IMG/VR virus record: IMGVR_UViG_3300005534_000011
Location: 11,887 to 75,886 of that record
Reading direction: 5' to 3' (one strand)
Source: a virus
DNA length: 64,000 bases
Below are positions 32,710 through 40,916 of this stretch, piece after piece. The first letter of the stretch is position 1, and each line of letters begins with the position of its first letter. Both the position numbers and the translations under genes were made by a program. The notes beneath the pieces are model-generated. The model ran no database searches and was not told the DNA's origin. It saw only the letters and a list, made by a program, of their open reading frames with translations.

Positions 32710-33396
32710 ATGAAATTGAGCGCGATTAAACAACTGAAAGCCCAAGCAACCACCCAAAACGCAGCCACTCCAGTAGTGGACCTGAGCATCCGCCACCTGC
32801 TCGCCAAGGCGCTGACCGATTCCGGTAAGTTCGAGGCAGTGAACTCGAAGATGGATAGCCGTCGCGCTTCCCTGTCGATGAAAATCCGTGGTGCCCGTTC
32901 CGTTCGTAACTCCGAAACTCTGGTAGCAATCGCCGCCAAGGCTGGTTTGACCATCCAAGCCCGTCTGACCTCTTCGGATTATTCCGAAACCACTTTCAAA
33001 ATCGAACAACTGGTGATTACCAGCGATCTGAAAGCCGCTGCACCGGTCAAGACCCCAACCACCAACGCACTGGTAGCCGGTCTGGCGCTGGGCTCGGTTT
33101 ATAACGGTTCGGTTTCGGTTACTCTGGCCGGTGTGTCCCTCGGTTATGTTTCGCAAGAAGTTGCCAACCGAATCAAAGCTCTGGTTGCCGAAGATCAGAA
33201 ACCAAAAGATCAATCGGTTACTCTGGTGAATCTGAACACCAACAAACCGGAAAACGTCATGCTGCCAAATGCCGTGGCCGGTGCCATCAAAGGCAAGGTG
33301 CCGAGTTACAATGCCGGTGAATGGTCGGTGAAAGCCACCGCTGGTATCGTTATTGTTCGACACTCGAAGACCAACGGTCACTGGGTTTCGATCTAA
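32710..33396 (+). CDS. hypothetical, probably highly expressed protein
   Basis: Dedicated promoter, A/C-rich leader, biased codons, downstream terminator. Confidence 0.75.
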   Translation: MKLSAIKQLKAQATTQNAATPVVDLSIRHLLAKALTDSGKFEAVNSKMDSRRASLSMKIRGARSVRNSETLVAIAAKAGLTIQARLTSSDYSETTFKIEQLVITSDLKAAAPVKTPTTNALVAGLALGSVYNGSVSVTLAGVSLGYVSQEVANRIKALVAEDQKPKDQSVTLVNLNTNKPENVMLPNAVAGAIKGKVPSYNAGEWSVKATAGIVIVRHSKTNGHWVSI

Positions 33397-33447
33397 TCGA
33401 AATTGATTCAATAAGGGGGCGAAAGCCTCCTTTTCTTTTAGAGGTAT

Positions 33448-33921
33448 ATGATGCAATACAAAACTGTTTACGGCAACCTGTTTGATTTTATGAAATCAGG
33501 TGATGCCATGATGCACGGTTGCAATGACCAAGGTGTGATGGGTTCGGGTATTGCGTTGGAAGTGAAGACCCGATATCCCGGTGCCTATGCCACGTATCGA
33601 CACGCCTATGAAAATGGTGGGTTGGTATTGGGTGATATCATCCCACATTTTGATAAATCTGGTGTGATCATATTGAATGCCATAACTCAAAATTTCTATG
33701 GCAAAGATGGAAAACGATACGTCAAATATGATGCAGTAGCCGAATGCTGCCGTCAAATCCGTGGCGCGTTCAAAATCATGCTAGAACCACCAAAAACCCT
33801 CTATTTTCCATTGATTGGTGCTGGATTGGGTGGTGGTAGTTGGGCTGTCATTTCTGAAATCATCAAATCCGAATTTGATGGAATGGATGGGACCGATTTT
33901 GTTCTGGTGGTGTATAAATGA
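33448..33921 (+). CDS. macrodomain (Appr-1-p processing / ADP-ribosylhydrolase, T4 tk.4-like)
   Basis: GNLFD, HGCNDQGVMGSGIA, NAITQ, FPLIGAGLGGGSW. Confidence 0.85.
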   Translation: MMQYKTVYGNLFDFMKSGDAMMHGCNDQGVMGSGIALEVKTRYPGAYATYRHAYENGGLVLGDIIPHFDKSGVIILNAITQNFYGKDGKRYVKYDAVAECCRQIRGAFKIMLEPPKTLYFPLIGAGLGGGSWAVISEIIKSEFDGMDGTDFVLVVYK

Positions 33922-34213
33922 TTACCGATTTGATGTATAGGGTAAAAGAGCTGACCGAAACCGTTACCAAATTGCAAGCTGAAATCAAGGAATTGCAGGA
34001 TGTCACCGGTGTGACCTTCACCAGATGGAAAGCTGCAAGAAAAGAACAGAATTTGCTTTACATCCAAAACAGAATTGAATATCATCGTTCCCAAGGTGAA
34101 GGGCTGATGGGTGCCAATAAGCTGGCATTTCAAGACCTGAAAGACCTTCATCAAAAGGAACTATTTGATCAGTTTGTAACCGATCAATCTAAAAAATCTG
34201 AGGATTGTGGGAA

Positions 34214-35143
34214 ATGAAAAAGACGTTAATCGCGTGCCTGATTGTATCCATTTTCACTGCCGGGTTGACCGGTTGCGGGAAAAGTGATAAGGAATTGAAA
34301 CAGGAAGCCGCCGCCCAACATTGGCAAGATGAACAGGTTGCAAAGGCTCAACAAGCTCAAGCCGATCTGCAATCCCAACAAGCGGCTGCCGCTCAACAGG
34401 CCAACGATGACCAAGAACTGCGGGATATCGTCACGGAACTGAAAAAGGGCGACCCACTGGTCAAAGATGCCTATTACGGTTACAACGAAAAAGGTGATCG
34501 GGTGTTGCATGTTGTGCGTGATAATCCACCACAAACCCAACCACAAGCTGGTTATGGTCAACCCCAGTATCAAAACGCCTCTGGTCAACCGGTGATCATC
34601 AATAACCAACCGGCTCAACAAGCCTCTAGCGGCGTGTCTGAGGCTATCTGGCCTCTGGCCGCTGGTGTTGGTGCGGGTATGTTGCTGGCGCACGCTATGA
34701 ACAGCGGTGGGGGCTACAACAGCTATTCCAGCTATCATCAACCGTATAGCACCCACAACTATTCGGATTCGGACTATCGTCGGGAACGAACCTCGGTTGT
34801 GAATAACTATCATACAACCGTCGTGAACAACACTCGGACGACCTACAAGGCTCAAGCTACGCCTGTCCAACCAACATCGAAGGTTGCACCGGGTTCGTCG
34901 AGCTACGCCCAGACTAAAGCCTTGTCGAGTCCGGTTGTATCGAAACCTGACGTTCAACCAACTGCTAAGCCTCTGGTAAATGCCCCGGTAAACTCCTATT
35001 GGAGCCAACCGAAGTCCGAACCAGCTAAGACTGCATCGGCAAGTTCGTATAGCCGACCATCCAGCTCTAGTTCCAGTTTTGGTTCTAGCAGTTCTCGGTC
35101 TAGCTCCAGTTTCAGTTCGTCGCGTTCCAGCTCTCGGCGGTAA
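34214..35143 (+). CDS. lipoprotein with Gln-rich coil and Ser/Arg-rich tail
   Basis: MKK + hydrophobic stretch + LTGC lipobox; ends SSSRSSSRR. Confidence 0.75.
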   Translation: MKKTLIACLIVSIFTAGLTGCGKSDKELKQEAAAQHWQDEQVAKAQQAQADLQSQQAAAAQQANDDQELRDIVTELKKGDPLVKDAYYGYNEKGDRVLHVVRDNPPQTQPQAGYGQPQYQNASGQPVIINNQPAQQASSGVSEAIWPLAAGVGAGMLLAHAMNSGGGYNSYSSYHQPYSTHNYSDSDYRRERTSVVNNYHTTVVNNTRTTYKAQATPVQPTSKVAPGSSSYAQTKALSSPVVSKPDVQPTAKPLVNAPVNSYWSQPKSEPAKTASASSYSRPSSSSSSFGSSSSRSSSSFSSSRSSSRR

Positions 35144-35145
35144 TC

Positions 35146-35616
35146 ATGAACATCGAACGCTTGCAATTGATGTCTGATATGTTAAGTGAAGTTATTGCCG
35201 GTACTTGGCAACCAACTTCGGATAATTTACCGAAGTTGCGCGATCATATTCCAGTGCGAAATATTGCGTTCGAGTTGCGAAGTTGGTTCGGGGTAACCCC
35301 AGATTATTGTGGATATTCAGCTTGTGCAATCGGTCATGCCTGTATGGATGACCGATTCAACCAACAAGGGTTGGTATTTGGGTTGATCGGACCTGAATAT
35401 ATTACCGATGAAGGTTATAAAACTTCTTGGCAAAGTGTTGAAGCTTTCTTTGATATCAGCAATGATATGGCAAGGGGACTGTTTAATAGTTCGTCCTACT
35501 TTGATCTAGCAACCTCACACCTCATACAATGGCAGAGGGACGGCTCTCAACCACCAGTATCACCGGCTCAAGTGAAAGCGCGTGTTGACCAATTAATTTT
35601 GAAGGGTGTTGCATGA
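35146..35616 (+). CDS. hypothetical protein (CGYSACAxGHA family)
   Basis: Tandem paralog of 35613. Confidence 0.75.
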   Translation: MNIERLQLMSDMLSEVIAGTWQPTSDNLPKLRDHIPVRNIAFELRSWFGVTPDYCGYSACAIGHACMDDRFNQQGLVFGLIGPEYITDEGYKTSWQSVEAFFDISNDMARGLFNSSSYFDLATSHLIQWQRDGSQPPVSPAQVKARVDQLILKGVA

Positions 35617-36041
35617 ATATCAAACGTTTGGAATTGATGGTAACTATGCTGACCGAAGTTGTCCTTGATAAATGGACACCTGACCAAAAAGCTATGGTGG
35701 TATTCACTGGTAATAGCTCTAATAAGCCTAGTTTCAATCTCAGTTATTGGGGTCAGGATGATTGTGGTTATTCCGCATGTGCATGTGGTCATGCTGGGTT
35801 AGATCCTCGGTTCATTGAACAGGGGTTGACCATGCGGAATAACACCATTTACTACAAAGATTTCCGGGATTGGAGAGCTGTAGAAGAATTCTTTGGGGTC
35901 AACAGTGCAGTTGCAGAACTGTTATTCATGAAGAATTCAGGTAAAGATATTGGTTACTTCACCCAAAGTCATGTGATTCGCCGAATTTTGTTGTTACTTG
36001 AAGTCGGTGAGAAAAAATTTATTAAACAACTTGGATATTAA
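35613..36041 (+). CDS. hypothetical protein (CGYSACAxGHA family)
   Basis: MNIxRLxLM...CGYSACAxGHA...RFxxQGL...WxxVExFF shared with 35146. Confidence 0.75.
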   Translation: MNIKRLELMVTMLTEVVLDKWTPDQKAMVVFTGNSSNKPSFNLSYWGQDDCGYSACACGHAGLDPRFIEQGLTMRNNTIYYKDFRDWRAVEEFFGVNSAVAELLFMKNSGKDIGYFTQSHVIRRILLLLEVGEKKFIKQLGY

Positions 36042-36043
36042 GA

Positions 36044-36508
36044 ATGAACGTTACCCCAAAGCAAGTTAAAGCACAACGTGAACTTCTGATTAAGAAGTTG
36101 AAGGATTATGTCCCCGAAAGTTTAAGTGACCGAGTGGTTCATTGTATTGTAGGGTTTGGGTTATTTGCACTGTTTCCGGTGCTGGCCGCATCCTATCCAA
36201 GTTGCATGTTCATGGCATACATGGTGTTGTCAATCCTGTTGTGCCTTCAAGTGACTATCGTAGGTGTCATGTCATTCAGTATTCAGATTATGAAACAAAT
36301 GCCGATTGATATTCGGAAGATGCAATACACCCTTCTGGGAAATGCTGATCATCGGATTGTCAATATGATCATCGGTCCTATCTTCTGTTGGGCGGTCTTT
36401 AATGCAGGGTTTCAGGCACTCGCAGTGGCAATCTGCCTGTTATCGATTCTGTTGTTTATCATCAACACCCAATATCGAGCTGTATGCAATTCAACTGAAA
36501 AGTTTTAA
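36044..36508 (+). CDS. multi-pass membrane protein
   Basis: About four hydrophobic segments. Confidence 0.65.
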   Translation: MNVTPKQVKAQRELLIKKLKDYVPESLSDRVVHCIVGFGLFALFPVLAASYPSCMFMAYMVLSILLCLQVTIVGVMSFSIQIMKQMPIDIRKMQYTLLGNADHRIVNMIIGPIFCWAVFNAGFQALAVAICLLSILLFIINTQYRAVCNSTEKF

Positions 36509-36943
36509 TGCATATCGTTAAAATCAATCGGAAACAAACTCTTCGGTCAAGGCTTAAAAAGCTTTGGTCGAAGTTGTTCCCGCAAAAACCGCGACCGAAA
36601 TCGGTCATTAAATTAAAAGAGCTTGACCGAAAGGACTTGTATTATGACCCAAGACAATTCAGGAAGTAAGCCAATAGAATTTACACCCCGCGAAATACTC
36701 AGGATGGCTGAAAACCCGGATGTTCTCCGGGCGTTAGCAAATGGACATGATTGTTGGGCAATGGAAGCAGAGTCTATGGGGTTTGATGATACATTTCATA
36801 TAAATCGTGCAGCTCAATTGAACAAAGAAGCCGACCGACTGGATGAATTGTATGGGTGTTAAGCTGACCCGGTTAAATAGAGTTAACAATGATTCCATAT
36901 GAACACGCCTCGGTATGACCGGGGCTTTTTATTTGAGCTAATT

Positions 36944-37720
36944 ATGACAGAACATGAAACTAAACCTACCAAAGTAATATTAGGCGGTCAGCGTATGCTA
37001 GAGCCTGAGATTCCTGTTAAAAAGCCTAGAGGACGACCAAAGGGTGGGTCCAATAAAAAACGGGTAAGGCGATCCGAAATCCAATTGGCATTGGATGAAA
37101 TTGGCAAGAAATCTCCTAATATCGCTCAAGCGTTGATTGATTCAATATCACAGTTTCAAGTTGATAATGAAAGAATGCGTTTTCTTACCAATGAATATGC
37201 ACGATCATTTGCCGAGCGGAAACAATCCACCAGACTATTAACTAATGCGATCCAGCAAATGGCCGAGCAAAAACCTCCATCGAAATCTGATAAGATTGGT
37301 ATTCACATCTTCATTCCAGTCGATTTGCATCATGAATTTCAGAATATCTTGGATAATACCCCACTCAACCGTAACGAAATCCTAACCAATTTGATTCTAA
37401 ATTACATCAAAGCGCACAAGGGATTCTCCAATACTATCTTGAGGGATATCAACAGCGATTTGAGCCGGTTGGAGAAGCAAGAGTACCGGAACACTAAGAT
37501 TGCCGCTGAAATGCTTGAGAACGCACCATACGACGCTGTAAGGACCGCTGGGAAGAGTTCCGGGGCACCCAAGAAGACCGGTATCCTTGTAGAAGATACA
37601 GCGGATCAACAATACATGCGAAAGGTGGATCAACCCTATACAGAAGAAGGCGTGACCAAAGCCATGAGAAAATCCAAAGGTCCGACCGTTGATATGTCAG
37701 AGTTGTTCAAAAAAGATTAA
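36944..37720 (+). CDS. putative DNA-binding protein (AT-hook, ribbon-helix-helix-like segment)
   Basis: KPRGRPKG; KIGIHIFIPVDLHHEF...NRNEILTNLILNYI. Confidence 0.5.
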   Translation: MTEHETKPTKVILGGQRMLEPEIPVKKPRGRPKGGSNKKRVRRSEIQLALDEIGKKSPNIAQALIDSISQFQVDNERMRFLTNEYARSFAERKQSTRLLTNAIQQMAEQKPPSKSDKIGIHIFIPVDLHHEFQNILDNTPLNRNEILTNLILNYIKAHKGFSNTILRDINSDLSRLEKQEYRNTKIAAEMLENAPYDAVRTAGKSSGAPKKTGILVEDTADQQYMRKVDQPYTEEGVTKAMRKSKGPTVDMSELFKKD

Positions 37721-37750
37721 TAAAAAAGGGAGCCAATGGCTCCCTTTTTG
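37721..37750. terminator. bidirectional intrinsic terminator
   Basis: AAAAAAGGGAGCCAATGGCTCCCTTTTTG between convergent genes. Confidence 0.9.
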
Positions 37751-37757
37751 TTTTCTA

Positions 37758-37931
37758 TCAATGACGGCTTTGTGAGCGCAGACATTGAAGTTCGTTTGCT
37801 ACGATTGTGTACTTAGAGCAATCTGGTGTAACACCAGCGGCTGGTTGGTATGTTTCTGGAACTACTGGACCACCACACGCACTAAGCAAGGCAGCGGTCA
37901 TCAAGACCATGCCAATAACTACTGTTTTCAT
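37758..37931 (-). CDS. 57-aa lipoprotein
   Basis: Not in ORF track; MKTVVIGMVLMTAALLSAC-GGPVVPETYQ... with LSAC lipobox. Confidence 0.7.
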   Translation of the reverse strand: MKTVVIGMVLMTAALLSACGGPVVPETYQPAAGVTPDCSKYTIVANELQCLRSQSRH

Positions 37932-37953
37932 TCGATATAACCCTTAATTATAA

Positions 37954-38703
37954 TCACCAGATATCATACGAGAAATATTTATCGCTGATATTCTTCCATA
38001 CACCATTGGCACGAATTGTATCAATGGCGCTATTCATTGCGGTCAGTTGTTGAGGATCAGTTTTACGAACTGCCATCCCAATTCCATGCCCGTAGTATTT
38101 AGAATCGTGAATCTGTCCACCTACGCAGCTAAACCCTTTACCTTGTGGAGTTTGAAGGAATCCAAAATCAACTTCGATCAATGGTCCCATCACACCATCT
38201 AGGCGAGTGTTAGCAGCTTCTAGGAAGGCTTCTTGTTGGCTTGTATATGATACAACCTTGACACCTTGCGGTTTCAGTACACCATTGGCATATGATTCGT
38301 CGGTTGACCCGCGCAACACACCAATGGTTTTACCAATCGGACTAACACCATCCCGCATTACTGTGCAAGATGCTTCGTGGTAATAGCTTTTGGTAAAGTC
38401 AATTACTTTCATCCGGGCGTCTGTAATAGACATCGCGGTGATGATTGTATCAATTTTCTTGGACTGTAGAGCCGGGATCAACCCATCCCAATCCATTGGC
38501 ACGAACTCACAGGTTTTATGCATTTCCGCACAAACTGCAAGTGCAATGTCCACATCAAATCCCTTTACAACACCATCATTACCCATTGATACAAATGGGG
38601 GGAGGGTTGTATCAACGCCCACTTTCAGGGTGTCACCAGCGCTCGCTGTAAAAGATACCATCAATGCGGCAGCAGCCATCAAACCAACAAAAATCTTATT
38701 CAT
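37954..38703 (-). CDS. periplasmic polar amino-acid ABC substrate-binding protein (ArgT/HisJ family)
   Basis: Sec signal (ASA); PPF, GFDVDIA, WDGLIPALQSKKID, MSITDAR..IDFT..YY, G.GMAVRK, KYFSYDI. Confidence 0.9.
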   Translation of the reverse strand: MNKIFVGLMAAAALMVSFTASAGDTLKVGVDTTLPPFVSMGNDGVVKGFDVDIALAVCAEMHKTCEFVPMDWDGLIPALQSKKIDTIITAMSITDARMKVIDFTKSYYHEASCTVMRDGVSPIGKTIGVLRGSTDESYANGVLKPQGVKVVSYTSQQEAFLEAANTRLDGVMGPLIEVDFGFLQTPQGKGFSCVGGQIHDSKYYGHGIGMAVRKTDPQQLTAMNSAIDTIRANGVWKNISDKYFSYDIW

Positions 38704-38718
38704 TCTCAATTCTCAAAA

Positions 38719-39009
38719 TTAGTTAATATTACAAACAACACCGATCAGACTTGTTAGAGCCTGTGGTTTTGGGGTAGGAGGCGGATATAATGCATCCAAT
38801 TCACGTTTAACCAATGTACCAATCGAAATTTGTAACATGGTTGCAGAAGCGTTGCTATCCGGTGCGATAGATTCCATATGATATGTACGTTGAATGGTGT
38901 ATGGGGATACATCCATCAAGGTAATATCAATTGCATGGGGATCGACGTTGATATCAACGTTAACAATCCCGAGCGTAAAATCAACCGAAGTTATTTTAAA
39001 TGTATTCAT
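38719..39009 (-). CDS. small tail-fibre-operon protein (possible assembly chaperone)
   Basis: ATGA-coupled within the tail fibre operon; function inferred from position only. Confidence 0.5.
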   Translation of the reverse strand: MNTFKITSVDFTLGIVNVDINVDPHAIDITLMDVSPYTIQRTYHMESIAPDSNASATMLQISIGTLVKRELDALYPPPTPKPQALTSLIGVVCNIN

Positions 39010-39968
39010 TTCCAAACAATTTCCCAATTTGCGGATATAGAACTTACCCTATGGAAATCATAGGTGGTTGTACATACCTGATCGTTCATTGCCGTGAACC
39101 GGGTTTTACCGGGCCAGATAGGCTCAAACTTGAGGATGTCAGCGATCAGTTCCTTGTACTGATATTTATACTGGTCAATTCCAACCCCAGCTTTTTCGCT
39201 AGCGTCTTTCTGTGACCATCCCTCAAATTCTGGGGTATTGAAGAATGCAATATAGCCTTTACCGGGTGGTTGCATGCCCAATTGGACCATAAATTCCAAT
39301 TCGTCACGGTCCCATAGACAGCTAAAATCAATCCACCATGCAAGATTTGCAGCGGTCATAGCTACCGGTATACTATCGGTTAACGGTTTCAGCTTTTTTA
39401 ACTGAACATCGGCCCAGTGCTCAGTATTTCCGGTATACCTAGCAATCAATTCTTGTGGGGTCATATCCCAAATATCGGTATAAATTTGTGGATCTTTCAT
39501 ATCATCCAAAAATTCCCCAACCAATATTGAATCCGCATGAGTTCCGGTGATAACCATCCCACCTCTTTCAGTGACCGAATGAAGAGATTCTAAAGTAATG
39601 TCTTCAAATTCGGCATACTGTTGAATCCACTCAATAACTTTTGGATCAGCATCAATATCTGATTGTTCCGATCTGGTAAGAGTAATCTTCTGAGTGGTTT
39701 TCATACTGCATAGGTATACCGCAACCAATGTTGAATCCACCCCACCGGAAAACATGATATGAATATCATCGTAATTGGCTAAAATCCATTTTGCTCTGTT
39801 CAAACAAGCTTGATGGAACGATATATCAGATTTAGGTGCAATTGGTGTATGAATGTATGGATATATTCCGGCGATTCTTGGAATTACGATTGCATTGTTG
39901 GTGACATCGGAAATTGCCAATCCGAATGAAGATGATTTTACCCATCTGTTATGATATCTGTATGTCAT
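39006..39968 (-). CDS. N-type ATP pyrophosphatase (PP-loop / asparagine synthase-like) protein
   Basis: IHIMFSGGVDSTLV PP-loop, VITGTHADSI; start reassigned to MTYRY. Confidence 0.65.
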   Translation of the reverse strand: MTYRYHNRWVKSSSFGLAISDVTNNAIVIPRIAGIYPYIHTPIAPKSDISFHQACLNRAKWILANYDDIHIMFSGGVDSTLVAVYLCSMKTTQKITLTRSEQSDIDADPKVIEWIQQYAEFEDITLESLHSVTERGGMVITGTHADSILVGEFLDDMKDPQIYTDIWDMTPQELIARYTGNTEHWADVQLKKLKPLTDSIPVAMTAANLAWWIDFSCLWDRDELEFMVQLGMQPPGKGYIAFFNTPEFEGWSQKDASEKAGVGIDQYKYQYKELIADILKFEPIWPGKTRFTAMNDQVCTTTYDFHRVSSISANWEIVWK

Positions 39969-39969
39969 A

Positions 39970-40842
39970 TTACGCCACCGACCCTGAATAATTACTTGTA
40001 TTACCAATATAGCTACTTACATTACCCCAACCGAGATACGCATATCCAGCGGCACCCCCACCACCAGCCGGACCCGCCACGCTCCAACTACATGTAGAGC
40101 CATCATAAGAACCTGCACCACCGGGAGCACCAGCAGCACCCCAACCACCGCCCCAACCACCCCAACCACCGGCACCAGAAACACCGGGTGCAGTTCCACC
40201 GGATTGGGCAATAGCAAATCCTTGGCCGTTACCGCCGTTACCGCCCCCTGATATTAAGCAAATCGGACCACGGTCACCACCGCCGCTACTGGCATAACCA
40301 CCAGCACCGCCACCACCGCCACCACCGCCGCCGCCATATACCCAACCACCGTTGATATACATGGTAATAGAGCCACCGGCAATAGCAAAAAACTGTAAAG
40401 CGTAGCCACCGGCACCACCGGCACTACCACCCCACCCAGCATTAGCAGATGCACCAGCAGCACCTAAGCCGCCATATGCTTGAATAGTCCCACGTAGTTC
40501 AATTGTGAGTGCAGTTCCAGTCGGCCATGATCCTATAACACATGCTGGATTCCCTGTAGCGTAAGAATACATGGTCCCAGATAGGATTAGATAAACTTTT
40601 GGTTGGTTGTTGTATCCATATGCGTTAGCAATTGATCGGAGATTACCATTTTGGGCATCCCCGATAGTTAGTGTAAATGTATTTGACTTGCTTTGTAGAT
40701 TTGACATTGAAATCTGACCGGACGGTACTAATGCCAGAGTACGCACCGCAGTATCATTTAAACTTGAATTAGCCCGATTGTAGGCTAACCCAAGTTCGGC
40801 GTTAACATCCGAAATGGCGATTTGGCCTGATGGTGTTGTCAT
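39970..40842 (-). CDS. 38: glycine-rich tail fibre adhesin (T2/S16 gp38-like)
   Basis: Poly-Gly motifs (GGGGGGGGG, GGWGGWGGGWG) directly after a fibre with a chaperone domain. Confidence 0.7.
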   Translation of the reverse strand: MTTPSGQIAISDVNAELGLAYNRANSSLNDTAVRTLALVPSGQISMSNLQSKSNTFTLTIGDAQNGNLRSIANAYGYNNQPKVYLILSGTMYSYATGNPACVIGSWPTGTALTIELRGTIQAYGGLGAAGASANAGWGGSAGGAGGYALQFFAIAGGSITMYINGGWVYGGGGGGGGGGAGGYASSGGGDRGPICLISGGGNGGNGQGFAIAQSGGTAPGVSGAGGWGGWGGGWGAAGAPGGAGSYDGSTCSWSVAGPAGGGGAAGYAYLGWGNVSSYIGNTSNYSGSVA

Positions 40843-40887
40843 GTTTGTTACTCAATAGGTTGAATTTTCTAATGGTATTTATCAAAT

Positions 40888-40910
40888 AAAAAAGGGGCCA
40901 ATTGGCCCCT
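40888..40910 (-). terminator. intrinsic terminator after tail fibre gene
   Basis: AGGGGCCAATTGGCCCCTTTTTT on the minus strand. Confidence 0.8.
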
Positions 40911-40916
40911 TATGAA

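Noticed and set aside
32641-33456. Long minus-strand ORFs (also 34226-35008, 51567-52568, 59818-60375, 60383-61012)
   Set aside because: Antisense shadows of codon-biased + strand genes; no RBS or recognisable motifs
36508-36647. Riboswitch-like alternative stems (TTCGGTCAAG / CTTGACCGAA)
   Set aside because: The region reads as a coupled 46-aa ORF (MHIVKINRKQ...), so the pairing may be incidental
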